A DNA stretch of 64,000 nucleotides, from positions 71,960 through 135,959 of IMG/VR virus record IMGVR_UViG_3300037962_000518. One strand, 5' to 3'. The position numbers and the translations under genes are program-made. This document shows, piece by piece, positions 1 to 8,696 of the stretch; position 1 is the first letter of the stretch, and each line of letters starts with the position of its first letter. The notes under the pieces were generated by a model. The model was not told where the DNA came from. It saw only the letters and a list, made by a program, of their open reading frames with translations, and did no database searches. The stretch is from a virus. Lineage: Duplodnaviria; Heunggongvirae; Uroviricota; Caudoviricetes.

Positions 1-49
1 TTTAAATAATTTACTCATATTTACTAGTCTCCTAATATTAATTTAATTA

Positions 50-58
50 TGTTATAAT
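50..58 (+). promoter_or_regulatory. extended -10 promoter candidate
   Basis: TGtTATAAT ~25 nt upstream of RBS AGGAG and the 82 ORF. Confidence 0.4.
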
Positions 59-81
59 ACCTTGTTGATAAAATAACAGGA

Positions 82-618
82 GTGAAAATGGCTTTCACAA
101 ACGAACAAGTAGTCACGGAAGTTAAATACTTCTTAGGGAATCCCCCTGAAACCGTGATTGATGATACCACTCTAACAAGTATTGTTGAAAGAGTGATGAC
201 TCGTTATAACTTGGATTATAATGAAGATTCTGACTTTTGTAAAGCGACTTACTACTCTTTACTTGAAACATTAAGGTGGTTAATCAGAAAAGGTAATATG
301 GAAAGTGGAAGTAGCGATGGTGTTGCTGCTGTTAAAGAAAAAGTAGGTAATACTGAGATATCCACTACTTACAAAGATTCCCCCTCTGAGGATACTGGTT
401 GGGAGAATTTGCTACAGGATTATCTTTCACATCCAGAATATATTTGCGAAGAGTTGAAAGATTTAGCTCTTTCTGGTCAACCTAGTGTTTACTTTGGTGG
501 TGTGTCTGTTTCTGAAAGAGATCGTGTTAATAATAACCCAGATAGTTTTAATGGTTGGGATGTTAAAGCTCCTTATCGTAAAAATTCTATTTGTAGAAAA
601 TATAGCACTAAGAGGTGA
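82..618 (+). CDS. head-tail adaptor / head completion protein
   Basis: GVAAVKEKVGNTEISTTY motif typical of myovirus adaptors; virion-gene context; start may be ATG at 88. Confidence 0.6.
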   Translation: MKMAFTNEQVVTEVKYFLGNPPETVIDDTTLTSIVERVMTRYNLDYNEDSDFCKATYYSLLETLRWLIRKGNMESGSSDGVAAVKEKVGNTEISTTYKDSPSEDTGWENLLQDYLSHPEYICEELKDLALSGQPSVYFGGVSVSERDRVNNNPDSFNGWDVKAPYRKNSICRKYSTKR

Positions 619-621
619 TAT

Positions 622-903
622 ATGTCAACTTTAAATACTATCACTGTCGGTGAAGATTGGATTAATGTTCATGCTAATACTTACTTGGTTGGTCTAGGTT
701 TAGAGGATGGTGATCAAATAAATATTCAAGTAGTATCTGTAGGGAGTGTTTATATTCATCAAGGAGATTCTTCACCTACACAAAACAATAATTACAAACC
801 CTTTATATCAGAGAATGAAATATATACTTCTGTAGATGGTGAAAACCTGTGGTTAAAAGGTAACAAAGAAAATATAAACATATTAGTGAGTTATGCGCCA
901 TGA
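622..903 (+). CDS. hypothetical (probable virion) protein
   Basis: 93 aa ORF coupled to neighbours. Confidence 0.55.
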   Translation: MSTLNTITVGEDWINVHANTYLVGLGLEDGDQINIQVVSVGSVYIHQGDSSPTQNNNYKPFISENEIYTSVDGENLWLKGNKENINILVSYAP

Positions 904-1523
904 AAATATTAAACCTGTTTATTAATATATTAAGAGGACTACGTGCTTGGACGGTGCAATTCTATACAGAAGCTAATGTTAAAAATGGACTACAGTTTGC
1001 AGCATCGTCTTACTTTACTGGATTAACTGCTGGCGAACATTTAGATACGATAATTATCACTGGAGATAAACCAGTTATCATTAAAGCACAATATACTGGG
1101 ATAAGAGATGGTGGTGATGTGATGTTAAATTGGTATGAAAATCCAACTTACAGCTCTCTAGGGGATGATTTGGCACAAGGAGTTTATAATCAAACTGAAA
1201 TCTCTCCTGAGTTAACCACTATCCAATTATACGGTGTTACTCCTGCAGATCCAACTACAGGGAATTATGCTCCAGATGATACAAGTAAACCTGTTATCAC
1301 TGACACAGGTACTAAGATTCAACCTACTCTAGTTACGTTAGGTATCACAGGACAAGGAAGTAGTGATTCCTCTAGGAACACTTTAATAGGGCTTGATCAC
1401 ATATTAGCACCTAACACTACATACCTTCTTAGAAGAACAAGTGTATCTGCTTGTAGCGGATTATTTGGTTACACTACTTGGTATGAAGGTGAACCTGATC
1501 TACCAAGAAAAGAATTCAATTAA
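900..1523 (+). CDS. hypothetical (probable virion) protein
   Basis: 207 aa, ATGA overlap with upstream gene, T/G-rich beta-type composition. Confidence 0.6.
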   Translation: MKILNLFINILRGLRAWTVQFYTEANVKNGLQFAASSYFTGLTAGEHLDTIIITGDKPVIIKAQYTGIRDGGDVMLNWYENPTYSSLGDDLAQGVYNQTEISPELTTIQLYGVTPADPTTGNYAPDDTSKPVITDTGTKIQPTLVTLGITGQGSSDSSRNTLIGLDHILAPNTTYLLRRTSVSACSGLFGYTTWYEGEPDLPRKEFN

Positions 1524-1524
1524 T

Positions 1525-1551
1525 AAATAGCCCTCAAAAGAGGGCTTATTT
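1525..1551. terminator. bidirectional intrinsic terminator
   Basis: AAATA-GCCCTC-AAAA-GAGGGC-TTATTT between convergent genes. Confidence 0.75.
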
Positions 1552-1641
1552 CTTCATACAAACGATTCTGAGAGTATTTAACTTCCAAGAGGATGAATCA
1601 CCTTATTAATTATTTAATCTTCTTAGGGTTCGTTACAGAAG

Positions 1642-2628
1642 CTATTTGTAATAGTTTACTAAACGTTTCATCATATTATCAATATTACTATCCTCTGGTA
1701 AGTCAGATAAATCTAACAACATCATCACTTCTTCAAAAAGTTCGTCAATTGTATCGATAACCTCTTTCTCTGACTCTACCTCACCAAGTTTAACTTTCTT
1801 GATATAGTCGGAATTTACTAATGGAAACGTGATATTCTTTGTTTCAATAAGTTCTTTTAATTGTAGTAAGACGCGTAGAGCATGACTTAGACTCTTACTA
1901 TCCATACCTTTCTTATCGCCATCTTTGGAACGTTTACCATATCTATCCAACTCTTTTTTCAAAGCTTCTTTTAATAATTTACATTCCCAAGACAGGATAT
2001 ATTTCTTACCACACACTTCCAGATATTGTTGTTCATGATCTGTAACCTGAGTTACAAACTTAACATACTTAAAACTATTACGTTTAATAATTTCTGGTAA
2101 AGTTGTATCCGACAGCTTGACATTATCTTCTACATAATTTACTTCTTCTAATAGAGTGCTCATTTCTTGATAACGTTGAATCTTATTAGAATACGTATGT
2201 GTGTGTTTTTTGATATACCCAATTAATCCCTTCATGTTTTTAGAAAGTAAATCTTTCCTGTGGGATCTAATATCTTCCCAAATACTCGTCCAGTTCATAA
2301 TCATTTCATCAGGAGTCCACAACATATCAATACAATTGGTGTCACAAGATTTACAACTCTTTAAGAAACTAGGTAGAGATTTAATCTCGATTTCAATATT
2401 AAGATTAACATCTTTAATGTTCTTAGTCTTGATGCTCTCACCTAATAATAAATCTTCGAAAGATGGTAAGTACACAGCTTTGACATCTACATCACTACCT
2501 TCTCGCTCTAATCCATACAACATTGATCCGTGTAAAGATACAACAACAAGTCTATCCTTGTAAGGTTGTAATTTATCTGCAACCCAATCTATTTGGTCGT
2601 TATTTAAAAATTTTGTCCAAGTTCTCAT
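1642..2628 (-). CDS. Pol-beta superfamily nucleotidyltransferase (RlaP/NrdC.11-like)
   Basis: HGSMLYG...SDVDVKAVY (GS..DxD) and K...HALRVLLQ C-terminal helix; start ATG 2628 overlaps upstream stop. Confidence 0.8.
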   Translation of the reverse strand: MRTWTKFLNNDQIDWVADKLQPYKDRLVVVSLHGSMLYGLEREGSDVDVKAVYLPSFEDLLLGESIKTKNIKDVNLNIEIEIKSLPSFLKSCKSCDTNCIDMLWTPDEMIMNWTSIWEDIRSHRKDLLSKNMKGLIGYIKKHTHTYSNKIQRYQEMSTLLEEVNYVEDNVKLSDTTLPEIIKRNSFKYVKFVTQVTDHEQQYLEVCGKKYILSWECKLLKEALKKELDRYGKRSKDGDKKGMDSKSLSHALRVLLQLKELIETKNITFPLVNSDYIKKVKLGEVESEKEVIDTIDELFEEVMMLLDLSDLPEDSNIDNMMKRLVNYYK

Positions 2629-3251
2629 TTCATCTTCTCCTTCCAAAGTTTCTGCACTTTTCTAATTTCATTGATTCTTGCAGCACGTATTTCTAATCCA
2701 ATAACCTTACCACATTTACCATTTTCAATAAGTTTACTTGAAATTTCCTTAGTGTCAAGACTAATTACAGCATCTAGACAATCTTCTAAGTATTCTCTTT
2801 GGTGGTAAGGTTTATTCAAGAAATATTCTCTGGTGAATTTATGATTTTCATGTTCAGGTAAACCTCGTCCTTTACTATCTGCTTCACAGGCTTTTAGAAT
2901 TTTTATAAAACGCTCAGGATTTCGGTAGGCGCCTGTTTCTTCAAAAAGCTTTTGTATTGACTTAGGCCTCATCCAAGAGTTAGAACTCCTACCCATACAA
3001 CCGTGTATTTTAGTATGGTATTCGCAGACTAATAAAGCTAAATCTCTATACCTATTAGGAACTTTCCATTTATTACAAAAAGACAGGATATAAGGTAAAC
3101 CTTCTTTCTCATGATTATATGCATTCTGGTAGTTATCCCAACAGTATTTTTTACCAAAATCGTGACATAATACTGAAAAATTGATCTCGGCATCACCCCA
3201 TTCTTTTGCAGCATATTCTATAGCAAGCATTGTATGTTTAAATACTGACAT
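2625..3251 (-). CDS. cca: CCA-adding enzyme C-terminal half (HD phosphohydrolase + tail)
   Basis: KHTMLA..CHDFGK..KVPNRYRDLALLVCEYH..ACEADSKGR is collinear with the C-terminal half of E. coli Cca; own RBS GAGGA. Confidence 0.85.
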   Translation of the reverse strand: MSVFKHTMLAIEYAAKEWGDAEINFSVLCHDFGKKYCWDNYQNAYNHEKEGLPYILSFCNKWKVPNRYRDLALLVCEYHTKIHGCMGRSSNSWMRPKSIQKLFEETGAYRNPERFIKILKACEADSKGRGLPEHENHKFTREYFLNKPYHQREYLEDCLDAVISLDTKEISSKLIENGKCGKVIGLEIRAARINEIRKVQKLWKEKMK

Positions 3252-3872
3252 AGACCCTTCCTCTTATATTTTCCAATATTTTTCTATAAAGCCTAGAATC
3301 TAATTGGTCTAGACCTTTCCTCATCTCAGATAAAAGATTAACTTTGTGTTCATACCATTTATGATGCGCCTCTAAAGCTGTGTCATAGTAACCTAGATGA
3401 ATATTATTGCCGTTCCCATTATTAACTCTTGACCTATACCTAGTACAAGTTTTCATTTCTACTTTTGTTGTACCGCACAACATACCGTATGGCTTGTTAA
3501 GCAGGTCTTTCACAAAATTATTTACTTTACTAGTAACAAAACAGCAGGTGGCTGGTGAATAAAGAGTGCCGTCTCCTAAAATATCCTTATCTAGTTGCAG
3601 GACTTCTTCGTCTACATACCACCTCTGCTCAGTCATCCATTTCCTGAAGTTAGAAAATAGTAACCACTCTTTGCAAACAGAGGTTCTTAAATACTGGGGT
3701 TGCTTTTCCAAACATTTTTATTGTAACATCTATATAACATCTTACTCCACTTTGAATAGTAAGGACAAACCCACAGGACATTATTCTTTCCAGTAACCTT
3801 ACACTTATATCTCTTATCTATAGGATAATCTGCGTCATTAATACCTATACCACATACCTTCCTTTCACTCAT
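3238..3872 (-). pseudogene. free-standing HNH-type homing endonuclease, frameshifted
   Basis: ORFs 3687-3872 and 3238-3711 join into CPYYSKW..RCY..SVCKEWLLFSNF..LDKDIL..YSPATC; frame break at the 5-nt A run (plus T3715-3719). Confidence 0.8.
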
Positions 3873-4567
3873 AGATCCTCCACTTCTGGATGGTGTTCTT
3901 GCTTCTGTGGAACGCCGTACATCATACCCACTTCCTTAAATATGTTAAATTTAAATAAAAACTCGAAGAATCTTTCAGGATGATTCTCTTTCAAAGCTTT
4001 TTCCATTTCTAACCAAACTCTTTCTGGTGTAAGGTATTCCAACTCTCCTGAAATATATACTCTTTTACAGGCTTCTAGTAAAGATGGTGTTACTTGGAAA
4101 TCCTTATATCTTGCCAGAAATCTTGCTACTCTTAAGATTCTGAGCGGGTCTTCACTAAATGAGTTGGTAGTTTCACGCAGGTATTTGTTTGTTAAATCCA
4201 ATACTCCGCCAAAAGGATCAACTAAACCTCCAACCACTTCAAACTTACCATTGTCATCGACAACAACTTCTTGTGCCATTGCATTGATTGTTAAATCTCT
4301 ACGAGATAAATCTTCCTCAAGAGTTACACCTTCCCATTCACACTCAAACCCGTAGTAGCCTCTCCCAATTTTACGTTCTTTTCTAGCAAGAGCATACTCA
4401 TCACCAGACACAGAATGGATAAACACAGGGAAATCCTTACCAACCATTTTGAAACCTTTATCTAACATATCTTGTGGTGAACAACCAACTACCACAAAAT
4501 CATTATCCTTTGGTTCTAGTCCTAATAGCTTGTCACGTATACTTCCACCTACCAGATATGTTTTCAT
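3869..4567 (-). CDS. cca: CCA-adding enzyme N-terminal half (nucleotidyltransferase)
   Basis: YLVGGSIRD..KDNDFVV, EDLSRRDLTINAMA, EDPLRILRVARF, PERVWLE; ends GVPQKQEHHPE. Confidence 0.9.
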   Translation of the reverse strand: MKTYLVGGSIRDKLLGLEPKDNDFVVVGCSPQDMLDKGFKMVGKDFPVFIHSVSGDEYALARKERKIGRGYYGFECEWEGVTLEEDLSRRDLTINAMAQEVVVDDNGKFEVVGGLVDPFGGVLDLTNKYLRETTNSFSEDPLRILRVARFLARYKDFQVTPSLLEACKRVYISGELEYLTPERVWLEMEKALKENHPERFFEFLFKFNIFKEVGMMYGVPQKQEHHPEVEDL

Positions 4568-5061
4568 AAAAACAACACTCCCAACCCAATAAATAACAAC
4601 ACCCACATTACACCAAGAAATCTACACTCTAAATCCATCAATTTCAAAGCCACCTGTCTATTTGACCAAGCATCTTCTTTCAACATTTCCTTTTCAAAAT
4701 AATGTCTCCATTTCTCAGATTCCATTTCTGAAAGTTTCTTACCATATTTAGAATGTAACTCTTGAGAAACACTCTCCTCTTTCTCTCTGAGAAGAATAGA
4801 AACATAATCTTCTAAAGCTGGATCAAATACGATAAAAGTTTCTTCAACACACGGTTCAACGTCAAAGTATTCAGAAGCAGTCGCTTTACAGAAACGTCTT
4901 ACAGGAGAAACTTTTGTCGTAGTAATATAGTTATCTTCAAAAAGTAAGTTTTCATTTCTATCAACAAATTTTGAAAGGTTCATTGTTTGAAATTCCATTC
5001 TGTCTACACAAGGAATAATCTCATCTTCAACAACTGTTTTAAATACTTTAACTGGTTTCAT
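4564..5061 (-). CDS. hypothetical protein, C-terminal TM helix
   Basis: 165 aa ORF with RBS; hydrophobic C-terminus. Confidence 0.6.
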   Translation of the reverse strand: MKPVKVFKTVVEDEIIPCVDRMEFQTMNLSKFVDRNENLLFEDNYITTTKVSPVRRFCKATASEYFDVEPCVEETFIVFDPALEDYVSILLREKEESVSQELHSKYGKKLSEMESEKWRHYFEKEMLKEDAWSNRQVALKLMDLECRFLGVMWVLLFIGLGVLFL

Positions 5062-5069
5062 ATTCTCTC

Positions 5070-5306
5070 CTAATCTTTAATTGTCTGTTGATAATACGTA
5101 ACTTTTTCAATAGGATCGTACCACCAAATCATTTCACTGTTTTCAGGGAATCTTGGTCTAAACTGATCTTCCATGATAACAGGAGTATTCTCTTTCATAT
5201 AATATTTTAACAAGTTATCAATCCCTAATGTACTAATACCTGTTTTCTTATCAGATAGCCACTCAATGAAATCTACATCTCTTATTGAAAATTTTATGCT
5301 AGTCAT
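5070..5306 (-). CDS. hypothetical protein
   Basis: ORF in coupled operon. Confidence 0.55.
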   Translation of the reverse strand: MTSIKFSIRDVDFIEWLSDKKTGISTLGIDNLLKYYMKENTPVIMEDQFRPRFPENSEMIWWYDPIEKVTYYQQTIKD

Positions 5307-5865
5307 CCAAACTTCCCTCCTTGGTACGGATCAGATAAAGTTCATCACAATCGGTCTCTACATCAACCCACCAAGCATCCAGTTCTATGAAATCATAACC
5401 TTCATAGCATAAAGTTTCCAAATCCGTTACAAGAACACTATCGAAATATTCATCCTCTAGAATACCATTTCCACCTACAACTTTAACCTCATCACCAACC
5501 TTAATACCTAAACTCTTCCAATTTTCCAGTGTAATACGTTCCAGAGAAGCATTCTCAGACGTTTTCTCCTCTCCAGAGGGTGATTGTACTACTTCTGTAT
5601 TATCTTTCGTTACAGGATTTTCTAGACGCTTTAATTCTGCATCAATATCTTTCTGAATAGATTCCTGTGCTTTGTAAAGAGCTTCTAACTTAGACGTTGT
5701 TTTTTCGTAATAAGCTTCCTTATCAATAAGGAAAGCTGTATCTTTACCTTTAAGAACACTACTTTCGTGATCTGGTAATAGTCGGTACGATAAATCATTT
5801 CCTTCCAATAAATGTTTAATCAAATCTAATTGTTCATCAATAGATAATTCTTTAAATTGTTTCAT
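5299..5865 (-). CDS. hypothetical protein
   Basis: 188 aa ORF with RBS. Confidence 0.6.
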   Translation of the reverse strand: MKQFKELSIDEQLDLIKHLLEGNDLSYRLLPDHESSVLKGKDTAFLIDKEAYYEKTTSKLEALYKAQESIQKDIDAELKRLENPVTKDNTEVVQSPSGEEKTSENASLERITLENWKSLGIKVGDEVKVVGGNGILEDEYFDSVLVTDLETLCYEGYDFIELDAWWVDVETDCDELYLIRTKEGSLDD

Positions 5866-6172
5866 TTGTTTTCTCCCATTTAATCATTTTAACTTCAACA
5901 GGTTTACATTTCACCCATCCGTTATTATTTCTTAAAGTCTCAAAATACCCGTCCCAACTATTATCTGTTTCAAACTCTTGAATCCAAAATCCTACTAAAT
6001 CTTCGTCTACAACTTCAAAAGAATAAGTGGTTGTGTTGAAATATGTAGATCCTTTTTCAACTTCAACAATATAACGTGTTTGTGCTTTACCTTTTCTAAA
6101 ATTAACAAATACTTCATCAACATATCTACAACAGTCGAGCATTTGTTCTAATTGATTATCATTGAATTTCAT
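5852..6172 (-). CDS. hypothetical protein
   Basis: 106 aa ORF overlapping neighbours. Confidence 0.6.
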   Translation of the reverse strand: MKFNDNQLEQMLDCCRYVDEVFVNFRKGKAQTRYIVEVEKGSTYFNTTTYSFEVVDEDLVGFWIQEFETDNSWDGYFETLRNNNGWVKCKPVEVKMIKWEKTNETI

Positions 6173-6357
6173 TACTCAATGTCCTCTCTATAATCGACAG
6201 TTGTTAAGTCTTCTGGATTCCAATAAATGAAGACACAGCCGTTTCTACATTTAACCTTACCAGACTCCTCAAAAGAATCCACACAATATAGTCTTCCGTA
6301 AGGATCGATCACCACAGAATACTCTGTTAAATAGTCTCCGTTCTTAGATTTAATCAT
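6172..6357 (-). CDS. hypothetical protein
   Basis: RBS GGAG before ATG 6357. Confidence 0.5.
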   Translation of the reverse strand: MIKSKNGDYLTEYSVVIDPYGRLYCVDSFEESGKVKCRNGCVFIYWNPEDLTTVDYREDIE

Positions 6358-6799
6358 ATTTCTTCTCCCAGTATTCAATTAATTTTGCTAATTGCTTTGT
6401 ATATTTACTAACTCTCTTGCTATTCTTATCCATAACAGAATGATTCAGATTGCTCATAGTATCACATATCTTAACAAAGTGTGCTAATCTATTTTCACAA
6501 CATCTTTTTAAATATTCTGACCTAGTCTCTTTATCTTGTTTACTGATAGAAACAATAGCTTCATGAATGTGTTCTGGTACATTAGGAATATTATTGTAGT
6601 ATTCAGGCTGATCCTCTAAACAATCATGTAGATAAGCTACATCTAACGCATCTCTCCAAACATAACCATCCCATTTGTAATCATGCGTTAATTTGCAAAC
6701 TATATCAGCTACATCCTCTAAGTGTAGGATGTAATCATCTTCTCCATACTTTTGGCCTTCGTGAGCTTCATCAGCGTGCCACCATGCGTTAAATTCCAT
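6350..6799 (-). CDS. RelA/SpoT-type HD hydrolase (small alarmone hydrolase-like)
   Basis: AHEGQKYG..YILHLEDVA..YLHDCLED..VKICDTMSNL. Confidence 0.8.
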   Translation of the reverse strand: MEFNAWWHADEAHEGQKYGEDDYILHLEDVADIVCKLTHDYKWDGYVWRDALDVAYLHDCLEDQPEYYNNIPNVPEHIHEAIVSISKQDKETRSEYLKRCCENRLAHFVKICDTMSNLNHSVMDKNSKRVSKYTKQLAKLIEYWEKKYD

Positions 6800-6801
6800 C
6801 T

Positions 6802-6972
6802 TTACATCTCCTCATATAATTCTATAAACTGTTTATAAGTCATGACACCTTTGCTGCCAAATTCATTAATATAAGAAACAACACCTACAACTTTATTACC
6901 TTCGTCATCAACACTGTCTTCATTCATTTGTATAATCTCCACTTTTGGTAAAGTTTTTCTTTTATATTGCAT
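6802..6972 (-). CDS. hypothetical protein
   Basis: GAGGAG RBS before ATG 6972. Confidence 0.5.
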   Translation of the reverse strand: MQYKRKTLPKVEIIQMNEDSVDDEGNKVVGVVSYINEFGSKGVMTYKQFIELYEEM

Positions 6973-6987
6973 AATACTTCTCCTCAT

Positions 6988-7036
6988 AAAATAAAAGCTC
7001 AGAACAAATGATATGTCCTGAGCTTCTTGTTGTCAA
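6988..7036 (-). promoter_or_regulatory. sigma70 promoter embedded in terminator hairpin
   Basis: TTGACA-17-TATCAT; -10 is the loop of a 12-bp stem AAGCUCAGGACA/UGUUCUGAGCUU followed by UUAUUUU. Confidence 0.75.
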
Positions 7037-7052
7037 TAATTATTTTAACTTT

Positions 7053-8531
7053 TTAATCTGTGTTGTAACGTCCATGAAACTCTCCATCACTTCCTACACT
7101 ACACTCTCCTCCGAAACACAGGTTAAAGTCATCAGATAACAATAATACTTCGTAAGCTGTAATATCTTCACCACCCTCTAAGATATACCCTGAAAACTTA
7201 CTATTTGCATAATAGGGTTCTTTTCCTGAAATTCTTACATACTTCTTAAGGTGCTGCTCTCTTAAACGTTTAATCGTAGCAATCTCTCCTTGTATATAAC
7301 CACTGTTTTCACTAAAAGCATATCCTTTAGGACTTGTACTGCTTGATTCCATACTCTTGACTTTAGGATGATAATCTACTTCCTCACCATCAATTAATCG
7401 CTGCATATCTTCAGACCTACAAACTACTTCTAGTAGATTACATTTATCAACTTTAACCTTACCTTCTGAATAGTCTTTAATACCACATTCATCAAAAGAT
7501 ACTTTGTAAATTACCTTTCCTCTATAATTCCAAGAATACATATTTTCAAATCCTGATTTTGTGTAACACGTAGTATACCCATAAGATTTATATTCGTTAC
7601 CAATATTCTCCCCTTCTGGTGCAATAACATAGTAGGTATCGGAAAGAATACCTTGGTTAGAAACATCTACTTTAGAAAGAACACCATCTTCAATTAAACT
7701 TCTTAAACTGTCTTCACAGTCAACAGCATTAATATCAACGAAGTATTCTTCCCCATTGAGTGTCACAACTTCTAAAGGTTCATTATTAACAATGAAATCA
7801 ATACAATCCACAGGGTATAAGTATTCAGGAGCAGTGACATTTTCATCAGATGGAGATAGTAGAATGTCAATGCCTTTCTGAATAGAAAATTCTTCATCTT
7901 TACAAGCTTTAAAATCTGCTAATGTAAAACCGTATGAGTTTCCGATAGCCTCTTTAAAGCTTTCCCACGAATCAATATTAAGTTGTGATATAGCTAATCC
8001 AAGTTTGAGGATTTCATTACGTGAAGGTTTATAACCACGAGACTTATATTTATCCAAACGTAACATTGTTAAGATAGGGAACTTTGTTTTAACATTTACA
8101 CTCAAATAACGTTGTGAATTGTGCATCCAAAAGTTTTCATCATAAATCAAATCTTCTTCCAGACAACGATAAGCAGCCATGTTGATAGTGAAATCATAAT
8201 GTTCAAAGATATCCGAAGCTTTCTCGTAAAAGTCATAGTAAATGAATTGAATCTTAACACCACTCTTCATTACGTAAGTAATACTCTTGTCAGAAATAAA
8301 TCCAACGTGAGGATCATCTTCTTTCATATAACGGATAGCTTCAACACAACTTTTCTTATTTGCAAAATATACATCATAATCTTCAATCTGATCTGCAGTG
8401 CCATTTGCAATACATGTCAATGCACCTCCAGCAATATAGCATTGGTGTTTATTGTTTTTCATGTAATCTAAAAAATGTTTTACATCTATATTTGATGTAA
8501 GTTTATTGATTAAATATTCGTCTTGGTTCAT
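7053..8531 (-). CDS. class-II-NTase-like (polyA polymerase/CCA head fold) protein with unknown C-terminal domain
   Basis: YIAGGALT..IEDYDVYF, YDFTINMAAY, MLRLDKYKSRGY. Confidence 0.65.
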   Translation of the reverse strand: MNQDEYLINKLTSNIDVKHFLDYMKNNKHQCYIAGGALTCIANGTADQIEDYDVYFANKKSCVEAIRYMKEDDPHVGFISDKSITYVMKSGVKIQFIYYDFYEKASDIFEHYDFTINMAAYRCLEEDLIYDENFWMHNSQRYLSVNVKTKFPILTMLRLDKYKSRGYKPSRNEILKLGLAISQLNIDSWESFKEAIGNSYGFTLADFKACKDEEFSIQKGIDILLSPSDENVTAPEYLYPVDCIDFIVNNEPLEVVTLNGEEYFVDINAVDCEDSLRSLIEDGVLSKVDVSNQGILSDTYYVIAPEGENIGNEYKSYGYTTCYTKSGFENMYSWNYRGKVIYKVSFDECGIKDYSEGKVKVDKCNLLEVVCRSEDMQRLIDGEEVDYHPKVKSMESSSTSPKGYAFSENSGYIQGEIATIKRLREQHLKKYVRISGKEPYYANSKFSGYILEGGEDITAYEVLLLSDDFNLCFGGECSVGSDGEFHGRYNTD

Positions 8532-8696
8532 TCATTTCTCCTCTAATAATTTATTTGCAATCTCATCTGCTTCTTTCAAACTAATTTTCTCCGCTTGCTC
8601 CTTTGTGTATCCAATTCTCATAAGGAAATTATTCTTGGACAACTCTAGCATATCATTTTGTGAGTGTAAAGATAAATTTTGATAGTTTGGGTTCAT
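8532..8696 (-). CDS. hypothetical protein (54 aa, not in ORF track)
   Basis: MNPNYQNL...NKLLEEK; overlaps stop/start of neighbours. Confidence 0.5.
   Translation of the reverse strand: MNPNYQNLSLHSQNDMLELSKNNFLMRIGYTKEQAEKISLKEADEIANKLLEEK

Noticed and set aside
3252-3868. Possible group I intron or intein interrupting cca
   Set aside because: No P/Q/R/S core or non-coding flanks; the HNH ORF overlaps both halves, each half has its own stop/RBS, and there are no intein Cys/His-Asn ends.
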